Assembly: GCA_001642005.1 (NCBI GenBank)
Contig: LWCA01000133.1
Location: 1 to 49,482, forward strand
Length of the DNA: 49,482 nucleotides
Direction: 5' to 3'
Source: Intoshia linei
Taxonomy: Eukaryota > Animalia > Orthonectida
Shown: positions 1-12,048 of the stretch, one piece after another
How the letters are laid out: every line of letters begins with the position of its first letter
Position numbering within the stretch: the stretch's first letter is position 1
Position numbers and translations under genes: made by a program
The notes under the pieces: model-generated
The model's database searches: none
Told to the model about the DNA's origin: nothing
Seen by the model: only the letters and a program-made list of their open reading frames with translations

Positions 1-230
1 AAAACATGAAAATAAACTTAAATTTAATTATTTTTTGTTAATTACTTAATTGATCAACGCTGAGTCATTAATGAGTATTTAAATGAGTAGTGACTGAATA
101 TATAATTGTATTCATATTTACAAATTAGAAATTAATTTAACAATTATTAAGAAATTTAACACTCGAAAATATTAAATATTTTATTTTTTTTAATATTTTT
201 ATATTTTTTGAAAAATTATAAAAATATCAA

Positions 231-273
231 CTCGGGCTTTGCCCGAGTAGCCCGAGTTGGAGAGTCGCCACTG
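231..273. mobile_element. Right end of a putative hAT-type MITE (rest lies upstream)
   Basis: Ends ...GAGTCGCCACTG (reverse complement CAGTGGCGAC) with repeated GCCCGAG subterminal motifs; no partner end in the window. Confidence 0.4.
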
Positions 274-287
274 GTATTCATATATGA

Positions 288-885
288 CAGTGATGGCAGC
301 CAATTAAAACTAGATGTGTTAAATTTAATACATACATTAATATGTACTATTTTCAGAAATTTTTTTCTAGTGTTTTTTTAAAAAAATATTAGTTAAATCA
401 AAACCGTCAATTAAGTCGAACAACTTGATGGAAAATGAGTTAAAAAAATAATTTGTACATTTATTTAGATTTAAAATATTGAGCTGCAAGTTTTTCAATG
501 GGAGGTTCATAACTTGTTGATTTTAACGCTACACAAGTCAAACTAGTTTCATCGTGAAGTCTATTCCTTTTATAATTTTTGACACTGTAATGTGGAAAAT
601 AATGATTCACAAAAATATGTAGATGAAAATATAGCTTTAGCTAGATATTTCAGACTATTTATTGTTTCAGGCATAGAATTCCAAACTTGTAATAACATAT
701 TTGATTGGTTAAAGTAGGTAACATCTTCAAATCATTTTGTAATTTTGTTCTATTACTTCAATTTCTGATCTCACTTATTTTGAAAATATTTTTTATTTTA
801 AGTGAACTTATATATTTTTTCAAGTGTGTAAAAAACATGTCAAGTGTGAATTTTTTACACGCAAACACGTACTTTGCCATCACTG
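288..885. mobile_element. Non-autonomous hAT element (MITE), 598 bp
   Basis: TIRs CAGTGATGGCA...TGCCATCACTG; perfect 8-bp TSD ATATATGA at 280-287 and 886-893. Confidence 0.9.
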
Positions 886-1031
886 ATATATGAATACAAT
901 ACTTGTACAACAATTTTTGAGTAAACAAGAAATTCCATGACTATGAAATGATTTAATAAAAAAGTTTTACTTCGTTTATTGACAACAATAAATATTACAC
1001 ATCATTTCAAAGGTATTAAAATTTGAAAGTA

Positions 1032-2483
1032 ATGTCCTCAGAAGAACAATATGATTATTTGTTTAAACGTAATTACATACCAATTAATTGGTTTAATTTA
1101 TTTAGTTGTTTTGATTGGCGATTCAGGAGTCGGTAAAAGTAATCTTCTGGCTAGATTTACCAGGAACGACTTTAACCTAGAATCAAAAAGCACTATAGGA
1201 GTGGAATTTGCCACGAGGTTAATTTTAAATATTCTAGTAAATTTATTTGTAGAACCATATTAGTGGATGGAAAAAGCATAAAGGTTTTATAAATTTGAAA
1301 TATTCTCATTTTTAGGCTCAAATTTGGGATACTGCGGGCCAGGAAAGATATAGGGCCATAACCAGCGCGTATTAAGATGTGATTCTTAATTTAACTTGTA
1401 TTAGGTATTACAGGGGAGCGGTCGGTGCTATTTTGGTTTATGATATTGCCAAGCAAACGACTTTTGAAAATGTTGAACGATGGCTGAAAGAATTAAAATT
1501 ACACGCAGATACCAACACATGCATTATGTTGGTTGGAAATAAGTGTGATTTGAAACATCTGCGCGCTATAAATAAAGAAACCTCTGAAGAATATTGCAGT
1601 ACAATTTTTTTCAAATTAATTCAGGGATCAATCATGTGATTTGCCGCGGTCAGAAAAGTAGTTAAAACTTTGGCTCATTAATTATTTTTGAATTGCAATT
1701 TTATAAAAGTTCAAATTAAATGAGATTTGACATTATCAGTGTAAGAAATCTTTTATTTATCAAGACAGAAACCTGATAATTTTGTAAATTATGCCTTTTT
1801 AATAGAACCTAATATAGTAGTTATCAATAGTGGCGAGGTCCCTTAAATTTTCGAATAAATTATATTTCAATGCGCTAATCAGAATATTACTACTATATAT
1901 TGTACCTTAAATTTTCTTTTCAGTATCCATGCGAAACATACATTTGATATAGTAATTAATATATTTTGGAGTAAATTTATGAAATGATTGATTCAAAACA
2001 AAGTTTAAACTACTGATACACATTTAAAATATATACATATTAAATGGAGTATTTTTCAATAAGGAAAATTTAAATTTTTTGATTTAGGGATCACTACCCT
2101 ATTGTACATTTAATTTATGCAACTTTCATATTTTTATTTTATCATGATAAAGAAATTAAATTCACTTATGGGCGCGCCATTTTTTTTAATGAACGCATTA
2201 TACTTACAATGATACGCATTTATTAGTTATCTTATAATACATTTAGAAGCGAATGGCCTTTCTTTTATGGAAACTTCTGCCCTAGATTCTACTAATGTTG
2301 AAACAGCATTTTATTCAATTTTAGGAAGTAACTTTTTTTTAATTTAATTAAATAATTTTAGATATTTACGCTAACGTATCGAAAAAGACTTCAAATCAAA
2401 CTAAACCGCAAGAACCAAACATTAATCCAGTTTCACCCATTAGTAATTCAAATACATCATCTTCGTGTTGTAACACTAAATAG
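1032..2483 (+). CDS. RAB11: Rab11-family small GTPase (7 exons)
   Basis: Exons 1032-1068, 1106-1217, 1253-1283, 1316-1368, 1405-1598, 2247-2327, 2362-2483. They encode [57 protein letters not shown] and a C-terminal CCNTK prenylation motif. Confidence 0.95.
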
Positions 2484-2549
2484 TTTCAAATTTTATAAAC
2501 TAACTATTAAATTTATATTCCTTTATTTACATCATACAAAATAAATCAC

Positions 2550-3131
2550 TCATCCATGTTTTTGACTGCTACGAAGGGATCTTGAATGTTTCTTTTTTCT
2601 GTCTTTGGAATATTTCATAGTCCTATTATCTTTTTTAGTTTTTAGCATATGAATTATATGTTCAGTTAATTCAGTATTTTTAGATTTTGAAAATGTTTGT
2701 TTTCGTAATTCTATTTCTTTCAATAATAAATCCTGCGAAAACTTATTACTGATACTTTCTTTTGGTTCATCAATATGTTTTAAAAAGTTTATAAATCTAC
2801 GATCTGATTCGATTGTATTTCCAAGGTGATCATATTGCTCATTGACAGGTATGCTTTGATTCATGCAAAATTCAATTATACATTTATGCTCATTACCATT
2901 TTCATCTTTTATTTCGTCTGATGAAATAAAATTATAAAAAAGAACCATGTCTTCCGAAGTTTTAAATTTAATAATTATAAATGGTAAATTCTTTGGTTCA
3001 AGCATATTATTTGGATAAAATTGAAAATAATCAAATGTCGTTACATTCTTGTACTTTTCAAGAAATGATTCTTTCGTCATCGTACATGGTAAATTTCTTA
3101 TAACAATTTTTAGTTTTTTTTGATCGTTCAT
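2550..3131 (-). CDS. UPF3: UPF3/Smg4-family NMD factor (intronless, 193 aa)
   Basis: KIVIRNLPCTMT RRM-like start, IIEFCMNQSIP, GNTIESDRRFINFL and TELTEHI match Smg4_UPF3 domain motifs; basic tail. Confidence 0.85.
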   Translation of the reverse strand: MNDQKKLKIVIRNLPCTMTKESFLEKYKNVTTFDYFQFYPNNMLEPKNLPFIIIKFKTSEDMVLFYNFISSDEIKDENGNEHKCIIEFCMNQSIPVNEQYDHLGNTIESDRRFINFLKHIDEPKESISNKFSQDLLLKEIELRKQTFSKSKNTELTEHIIHMLKTKKDNRTMKYSKDRKKKHSRSLRSSQKHG

Positions 3132-3286
3132 TGCTAAAATTAAAGTGTCATTGGTTTCATGTTCTTATTAAAATTATCGTTTCTATAGTATTTTATTTAT
3201 TCATTGAGCTAGTCTAGCTCATTATTGGAAATTTTGATAGACACTTAGTAGTTTTGCTGCTAGAGTATCCAATGGTCACTGTCTAT

Positions 3287-4640
3287 TAGGGTGTCACACC
3301 CATCAAAGAAATAAGGGCGGTTAGTGCAGAAATTGTGCATTATCATAATATATAAAATAATCTAGAATGGGGTGTTGCAAATATGCCGATTCGAATTGCG
3401 CTCATCATTTTAAATATCCTTTTGAAAATAGTATAGAAAAATTTAATTTTATTTTTTGCAAAAACATGGTGGTAAGTTGTCATGGTTTATATTTTATGGT
3501 TATTTTATATAGTATACATTTCAATTTTCAATCTATCCGAAATTTAAACGTCGATAAAAACCACAAAAATCGAGCTAGGGGTCTTTCGTATTTTAGAGCC
3601 AATAGTTTGAAGATTTTATATAAACTTTATTGAAAAAATAAATATAGTCATAATTCATCACAATGACTCATAAAACCACCAAATTGAATTATAATTTATT
3701 GTTTTTATCGTAATTTTTTATAATGAGCATGGATATTTTGTGTTTAGATGATTTTAATTTGGAAAATCTCTATATTGCAACTAAAAACATTGAAGCAACC
3801 ATAACTTTTTGCAAACAATTCGGTTTTATTTATTTTAATTGTGAATAGGTCTAATGAGTTCATGTAAGGTATGTCCATTGTGCAACCGACAGATGTTTTT
3901 TTCCAAAAAGGTGTGTATAGATGATTATAAAAGGAGATGTTTAGCCCCGTATAGCAAAGTATTATCGATAAGGAAGGATACATTTTTTTAAAAACTTTTT
4001 TATTTTAGATTTCAAATTTTATACAGATGGTTTTAATATAATGTAACCATTTAATAAGCATATTGTAACAATTAAACATTAATTATGTATTTTTTAATTC
4101 ATTGATTAATTGTCATTCCTTTTTCTGCACTTTCTTAATATTTGATTAAAAATTAAATTTATCAATATTATTTTTAGTATAAAATACAATTGGAAATAAA
4201 TTATCGATAAAATTAGAAAATACGTCAAGTGTAAATTTTTATCTTGTCTATTTGTACACTAAAACAACTTTTTCCATCACTGATGTATATTGTTAACAAA
4301 AAAACAAAATTTTATTTTTTCAATAAAGTTTATATAAAATCTTTAAACTATTGGCTCTAAAATACGAAAGGCCCTGAGCTAGAACCAAATTTTAAAAATT
4401 GAAATGTATAGTTAAGCGTGGGTGTTGAGACCATGAAAACTTACCACAATGTTGTTTTTGCAAGAAATAAAGTTACATTTAAATTTTTCTATACGATTTT
4501 CAAAAGGATATTTAAAATGATGAGCGCAACTCGGATAAGTATTATTAGATATTTTTAATTGCGACATAGTGATTCTATTTTAAAAATACACACATTGATT
4601 ACTAACCGCCAATTAAATTTTAAAAAAATGTGACACCCTA
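3287..4640. mobile_element. Fold-back DNA transposon derivative, 1354 bp, with ~330-350 bp inverted arms
   Basis: Termini TAGGGTGTCACA...TGTGACACCCTA; 8-bp TSD CTGTCTAT/CTGTCCAT (1 mismatch); arms ~3287-3645 and ~4310-4640 are degenerate reverse complements. Confidence 0.88.
3723..4035 (+). pseudogene. Frameshifted N-terminal fragment of a Merlin/ISXO2(IS1595)-like transposase
   Basis: Across frameshifts and stops it reads IEATITFCKQFGFI ... VCPLCNRQM ... RRC...KVLSIRKDTFF ... ILYRW, resembling the zinc-ribbon plus SIRKxTFF motif. Confidence 0.6.
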
Positions 4641-5282
4641 CTGTCCATAAGTACTTATTTTTAAATGTCAAAATAAATACCATAGATAATTTGATTTGTA
4701 ATTTTTTAATTATATTAAAAAAAAATAATTTTCAATGATAAATACCAATAAAATTAACATTTACATTTCATATTTAAATTGTTAATTTGTTTTAAATTAT
4801 TAAAAATTCCAATGTTGATTCAACGAATATCCAGTGCACGTTGTCGACAATGCTGCTAAAACTACGTCGAATTTAATAAATATGCCATTTAAAATTAATT
4901 TGTGGAATATTCCAAATTTTTTCCTTTCAGATGGACGGAATATTTGTATTATAAGATAATTATCTTATACTGAACCTACCAATCTCGAGGTCACCTAAAA
5001 ATGAAAAATAGATCTTAAAAAATGTTTGCATCAAATTTAAAGTTTAAGAACTACTGCTATAGATGACTGTGGATTGAAAGTTGTGTCAATCCAATTATTG
5101 TATATATAATTATTAATTGATAAATTGGATTTTTTTTGAAAGCTTCCCGTCACAGTCCGACATTTGATTTATCATGAATAATTTTGATTTAATTTATCGT
5201 GTCTTTGAAATGGATCTAAAAATATCCTAATAAAATCATTGCAATCACTGTGGACAATAGAACAAATAAACTATAATTTAAA

Positions 5283-8200
5283 ATGGACAAAAATATGTGT
5301 GCTATTTGTGAAAATCACGGACATTTTAAAGTACAGTAAATATGTTATGTATAATGTTTTATAAAATCATTATTTTGACTATGAATATATAATTGCGTTA
5401 ATATTAGTGATGAACAATTTCAATTAAAAAATGTACAATAGCGACAGATTAAGTTTGCCACTTACTACTTAATGTATATAAAAGCACACCTTTAATTATT
5501 TGTAAAAAAACTAAACATCTTTTCCATAATTTAAAAATTGTTATTAACTTTTTTAGCCACAAAAAATTGCATAAAACTAAACTTTGGTTTATACAAATCC
5601 CGAAAAATAATAATTTTTTTAATTAATTGGTGTATGAATTATATTTTACCATTAACATTATAATCTTATTATCTATATATTATAATGTGATCGATATTCA
5701 TGGTTTAAAATTTATAAAACCCTCATGAACATCCACATTTTTTCAAAGAAATTAAATTTTCAACATCATTTTTCCCAATCTGAGGCTATTGTGTTTCGTT
5801 GTGCAGTTTTATATTTAATTTGTAACTAATCAAACTATAGGAATTACTTGCAGATTATAGAAAAGTAGATGATATGATAATTAACAGTTTAAATAAAACG
5901 ATACCGACCACTTCCTTTGAAAATAAACAGAATGTAGGTGAACGATGCAAAAAATTATACAATGAGGTATAAATTGTTGACATTGTTTAAATTCAGATTC
6001 AAGAAATACACTCTAAAAGATTACATTTTATATCCAATTGCATTCACTGTATTGAAAATGAATTGAAAAAATCAGTATCTGATGACGTTCACTTTACCAA
6101 ACTGAATAGTAAAATGTTTAAGGTAACGATTTAAATAATTATTACAATCGTTTTCTTATAAATGAAACATTATAGTAAAAATATAGAAATGCTTATTTAC
6201 ATAGTGAGGTATACACAACCGCGTAGAAAGCCACCAGGGCCCGGTAAGATGAAATTGTAGGCCCTATAAACAAATAAAAAATTGATTTGATTATAAGTTA
6301 ATACGACTGTTGATTAGAGTGTTAACTTTTTTTTAAATCAAAAATACAGGATACTACATGGTGAGACATATACATTTAAGAGGCGTGGTGTAGGTTTTTA
6401 AGGTTAAATTTTGAAAAAGTCCGGCCACCCAAGCAAATTAGTTACCATAAATATATTTTTTAAAACCTTAACATTTATTTTAATTGTTGTTACCATAGTT
6501 TAAAAAAATTTGATACCAAGTTGGTATAATGCAAGAGTTCCAATTTTTTCACGGCCAACCGGTAATAAATTGTAAAATTAATTAGTAAAAAATTTTTCAC
6601 AATTATTTACTACATTACAACGAACCGGTAAATAATTTTCACGAACCAGTACTGTATCGCGGAACAACATTTGGAAACGCTGATATAATGTATGACATGT
6701 AGTATAACTCTTATAGTCAGAAATATCGTTCTACGAATTTAGTAATAAGGGCTAAGCCAAATATATTTTTACCCATGATTTATTTCTCTAGAAACCTGTA
6801 CATGGGTACCCGTTGTAAAATACGACTTAATTGTAAACGTAAAATATTGGAAGATATTTAACAAATATTGAAATTTCGAGATCTACAGCATTGTAAATCT
6901 GATTTACTAAATCATAGCTCAATAACTCTATAATTTGTATAAAAAAATTCAATATTATAAATATTGCTTTGAGTAGCATTGTAAAGAAATTATCAAAACT
7001 ATCGTGGAATATCACACATTTAAGCCCCGTCCAAATCTGAAAAAAGTGATGCATTCCTATCAAATCGAACGAACAAATTTGACATCAAAGATTATTCTTT
7101 TGCCAACCATAGAGAAGATGTACAGTGGTATAAACTTTATTAAAAATGGCATCGAACACTGCAGCTCTCATATAGAAGAATTACCATCTCCCCATACATC
7201 AAAAACAGCGCGGTTACCTAAAATTTATTTCCAATACATTCATACATTGTTTGATCAATACAACTGTGTATGAAAAAGTTGTTGTATATCAAGAGTACCT
7301 TTTTTTACGATCAGAAATGTTCCTCTTTCTGTCTTACGGTAAGACTTACCGAAAAGATGCAAATGCTGCACATGAATTTTAAAAAAACCTCTTGAAGTTG
7401 CTCTAACAAGTGAAGTTTCTAATCGTGCAATAAACGGAGTACAATACCTACAAAACAGATCCTCATTCAAGTATATTGACGATTAACTACTACAACTAGT
7501 TAATAACTAGTCAATGATACAATTAATAAACTTGAAAATATATAGAAATAATAAACAATTGTTCATAATAAAATGGGTGATTTTTCAAAGTGAAAGGTGG
7601 CTGGAGTTTTTATTATTATATTAAAAACAAATATTATAGATGTGATTTATAGGATATGACTCATTCTACACGGTCATGTATTTTATCAATTTCTAAAATT
7701 CGACTAAAATGTTAACGCTCTACTGTAGATGCTGACTCAGCAATTAAATATTATATAATATTTAATTAATATAAATTAATTAAATTAGCAATTATAATTA
7801 TTAAAATTTTCCAAAATTTAGTATTTATTTAGTCAACATTGTTCATATAATATAATTGATAATATAATAATGAACTTTAGTTAATCAAGTTGTATTACTT
7901 TTTTCGTTGTAGAGTATAAAAAGGTTTGTTTTGACTTCGTTCATGGATTTTTATAAAAACATTTGTTATATTTAAGACACCCTTTATTTTAGTTGAAACC
8001 CTACTGTCCATATCCTGTATAAATAAATATTTACATTATATTGCATATTAATAATATATAGTTGAAAAATATCAAAAGTGAAAAAGAAATTGAAAAAGTT
8101 ATTGTTGCACAAACCTATAAGGTATTTAGTTATTATCTATACATAAATAAATAATTATTATAAGTATACGATTATATTATAATTATAATCGTAATGGGCG

Positions 8201-8401
8201 ATGAATACTGAATTAACTGAATGTAAATTAAAACTTTTTTGCTTCTTGATCTGGGAGTCGGAGATCATGGGACAATGATGATTCAAGAAGAGTCTTCATT
8301 AAAGACCCCCACAAATTGGCTTTATATTGAATTATTTTTAGATATTCTACGAAAAATGTCGAAATTATTTCAACCCGACGAGAGAAAATGAATTCAAATA
8401 A
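5283..8401 (+). CDS. MIX23: MIX23/CCDC58 (Cid2 family) mitochondrial intermembrane-space protein (5 exons)
   Basis: Exons 5283-5330, 5841-5966, 5997-6122, 8062-8121, 8342-8401. They encode CENHGHFKELLADYRKVDDMIINSLNKTIPTTSF...CKKLY...SEKEIEKVI...KIFYEKCRNYFNP. Confidence 0.9.
6123..8061. repeat. Enlarged MIX23 intron with nested transposon debris
   Basis: hAT-like end TTTGGAAACGCTG at ~6670-6682, CCCTA end at ~7999-8003, and decayed coding-like sequence at ~6990-7480. Confidence 0.5.
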
Positions 8402-8403
8402 AT

Positions 8404-9260
8404 TTATTTATTTTTTTTTGATTTATATGGTTTTTTTGGTTTATGTTTTTTATCCATTTTTTTTTCTTTCTGAATTTTTATCGAATTTTCTTGTTCTTTA
8501 GGTTTTGATGTTTCAATTGTTGCATTTTCTGGGATAATACATTTATGGTACCATTCATTTAACTCTTTATACATTTTTTTATGGTATCTTTTTTGTTGGA
8601 TGATCAGGTTTGATACTAACTTCTAAATATTATAATGAAATACAAAATTAATACACACCAGATATATTGTAATATCATGTGGCGTATGGCCCGGATGAGA
8701 ATATAAGGACCGATTTTATTACGTACCGTGGGATACCTACATTATCAATCACAATAATCATGCTAAACTTTCTGAAGGATTGTTAGATTTTTATGTAGAA
8801 TAGGACACAAATTGACATTAGTATAATATATATTGAAATTTAAATATATCCGGTTTGAAGAGGATCCTGAAACACCAAGAAAATAAAAACAGTAAGACCC
8901 GGACTATATGGTACTGAGTATATGTAAAAATTATGGAATTTTATGAATTAATTTAATCATGAAAAGGCAATTTTCACACATTGCTGCGGATCATGTCTTA
9001 CTTGATCTCGATCTGTTAGATTTTCATCTTTTAGTTTTTCTTTAATTGTAGTCATCATATTAGCTTCTGGTTTATCATATGATATATCAATGTATTTGTC
9101 TACATTTATATTAACAACTTCTGCAATGACCAAAGGTTCTTCAATTTCTGAATTTATATTGTTTTTTGGCATGCATGAATATTTTATCATTGGGGTGAAT
9201 GTAACAGTCTAAAATAAAATATACTTTATCAAAAATTGTTACATTCATGTTGTCATTCAT
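8404..9260 (-). CDS. Hypothetical protein (~150 aa, Lys-rich tail)
   Basis: Exons ~9260-9243, 9208-9002, 8622-8404 join in frame through GT-AG introns (MNDNMN|TVTFTPMIK...DRDQ|KLVSNLIIQQKRYHKKMY...KSKKNK*); no recognised domain. Confidence 0.6.
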
Positions 9261-9383
9261 TCGAAATTACTATTGGAGAAAACATATTATTTTGTTTGTG
9301 TGTATCCTTGTAATTAAAAAATTAAACACAGTTTGAATATAAAATGAAGAAGAGTTTATTCATAATATAATTTTAAATTTAAT

Positions 9384-12038
9384 ATGAGTGAAACATGTCT
9401 CAAAGTTGATACATTTGCTAAAAATGAAATAAATACTACAGTGGATAATGGAAACAACACAGAAAATGACATGAAAATAGAGGTTCCAAAGAAGAGACGT
9501 AGAACCACACGAAATTCTGTTGTGCTAAGGTTTTCTATTTTTTGATTAATATATAATATAAAGTATTTTTAATATATTCCATATAGTGAAATTGTTACTG
9601 TTCAAAATTTGATTACATACCATTGGCCTCCTACCTCAGATCAACCTGAATTAATGGACAAGATTGATTTTAATGGTGAATTACCTGAAAACTATATTAT
9701 ACAGGTTATTTAAAAATATTTATATTATATTACAATATTTTATCGAATATTTAGGAACAAGTTGCTTTATTTTTGGGAATTACTTCATTTAAAAGAAAAT
9801 ATCCTGGTAATTATTACACACATTATTTATTATTCATTGTTAAATAGATTTACAAAGATTTAATATTGCAATGGTTGAAAGAAATTATTTGTTGGAGAAT
9901 AAATACGTTTCAGAAAAAATGTGTAATTTAGGAATTACAAAATTACTCGCCGATGATGTTTTTGATATAATGGCTCGAGATTACGATGATAAATGGGTAG
10001 AATATCAGGAATATTTAAAGGAAGTCAAACGTAGAGAGGATCATGAGAAACTAATTTGCAAAAAAAAAGTTATTATTTGGAATAATTTTTATAATTATCA
10101 TTAGATGGAATTGGATGATGAAAGTATGCAAAAATTTACATCTAAAGCCGTAAAGTCGGCAGCAAAATTCAATTCACTTTTACAAAACAGACGTTTAAAA
10201 GACCATAAATCTTATTTAGATTTTCAAACATTTGTAATTTATTATTTCTAATTGGAATCGTCACATTCAGTGTTTTAACTTGTACTGATACAATTCAGAT
10301 TTGTGTCTACTTAGATTTTGGATATTTTTATCATTAGTAAACCTCTTATCTTAGTAAATCACCAAATGTTATGACTAACCCGGTATAATGTACTGCAGAA
10401 ACTTGTTTAATTTTAAAACGAATTATATATTTTAGAATATCCATTATCCTCAATTACCTTCTAAATTAACTGGTTCATTAAAACCTGACGATTATGCAAT
10501 TTCAATGGTTCCCCAGCAATATCAAAACTATTATAAAGAGTAAATTTGTATAAAAATGAATATATTTATATGTTAATAATTTAGATATACTAGCCAAGAA
10601 TTAAAAGATTTACCATTGAAAACAGTTACATCTAAAAAATATGGAGAAAAACTAATTACAATTGAACGGAATGAAATATCAAATAACGAAATTTCTCGCT
10701 CAGTTCATATACCGCGTGCCACGTTACCACCTATATTAGCTTCAACAAAGAAAACTATTAGTGTAAAATTTAAATTTGATTCATCAAAAATTAACTCTTA
10801 GTGTAATATTATTAAAAATAACGGCGGTGGATTATACATATTTGAGACGGTACGATTTAATCGTATTGTCACTATTTTTCACGAAAAAATAAATACATTC
10901 TAAAATTGGTAACTCTATAATTACGATAATATTACTTGGTGCAACAAAATAAAAATTTTTTCGAGATAACGAATTATTTTAATTTATTAATGATCTACTC
11001 ACTACAAAGATTAGAATGATATATAATATTACATTTTTACAGATATCATTCACACAAAATGTCATTATTTTAACTTATTAACTTAAAATAAGTTCATTTG
11101 AGTTAAATATTCATGTAAATATCTAGAATTTTAAAAATGGAATAACTTCCGAAGACGACCTCGAAAAAAATATGAAAGCAACTACCTACCTCTGAACTGA
11201 GAGGATTATAATGATTTATATTTTACGTTTTTTAGTGTTTCACTGTGTTATTCGATATAATGACATTATTACAAAAAATTATTACCAATAGTTAACGTTC
11301 TCATTTCTTGTTTAATGGCCAATGATGAATATAATGATTTTTATATGCCTACAATATTTTTGCAATATATAACGTACATATAATCGGAGATTATATGTAT
11401 TATTAATCGCACATTAATATTTGTTTTAGTCCAAACAATGTTATATATGCAAAAAACTTGTGCCTATTGATGAATTAACTTGTAAATGTGGCGTAATTGG
11501 TAATTTATAAATTGAAATTGTTTTTGAAAAATTATACATTTAGCCCATAAAACATGTGTTACTGTTGATAATATTGAATTAAATGACTGGAAATGTCAAA
11601 ACTGCACTTTTCTTAATGTACTTTTTATATTATTTTCTAATATTTTTAACTAAACCACCTTTTTCTACTTACTGTGAGTAAGATATTATAGGTCACTTAC
11701 AGGGTAGTTTATGTGTCGAATATTATTTGGGTTAAATATCAATTTAAAATAACAGATTGTAATGGTCATTGATATAAAAAGTTTAATAAATCTCAATTCA
11801 TTATTATAATGTAATAATTGATTTTTTTGTAACGAAAGTATAAATCGAGACAGTTCCTGGGACCCAGGGTATATTTTCGAATTTGAAAAACATTTTTTAT
11901 ATACAATTACTTATACATGTTAATTTTTAATAGATTAAAATGGAAAAATCAACCGAATGTTCCAAATGCAAAAAGAGTTTTTTATTCAATGGATCAAATA
12001 AAAACCAATTAATCTGCTTGCAATGTTCAAATGATTAA
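9384..12038 (+). CDS. PHF10: PHF10/BAF45a/SAYP-like PBAF subunit
   Basis: Spliced product has NLITYHWPP, YIIQEQVALFLGITSFKRKYPDL, MCNLGIT, KAVKSAAKFNS and C-terminal PHD-type Cys/His clusters. Confidence 0.9.
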
Positions 12039-12048
12039 ATATTGTACA

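Noticed and set aside
4800-5160. Small minus-strand gene or miRNA-like hairpin upstream of MIX23
   Set aside because: All frames stop early; 4970-4995 resembles 21283-21310 and 5040-5056 is a hAT-like TIR, so repeat debris is more likely; the hairpin is AT-rich and imperfect
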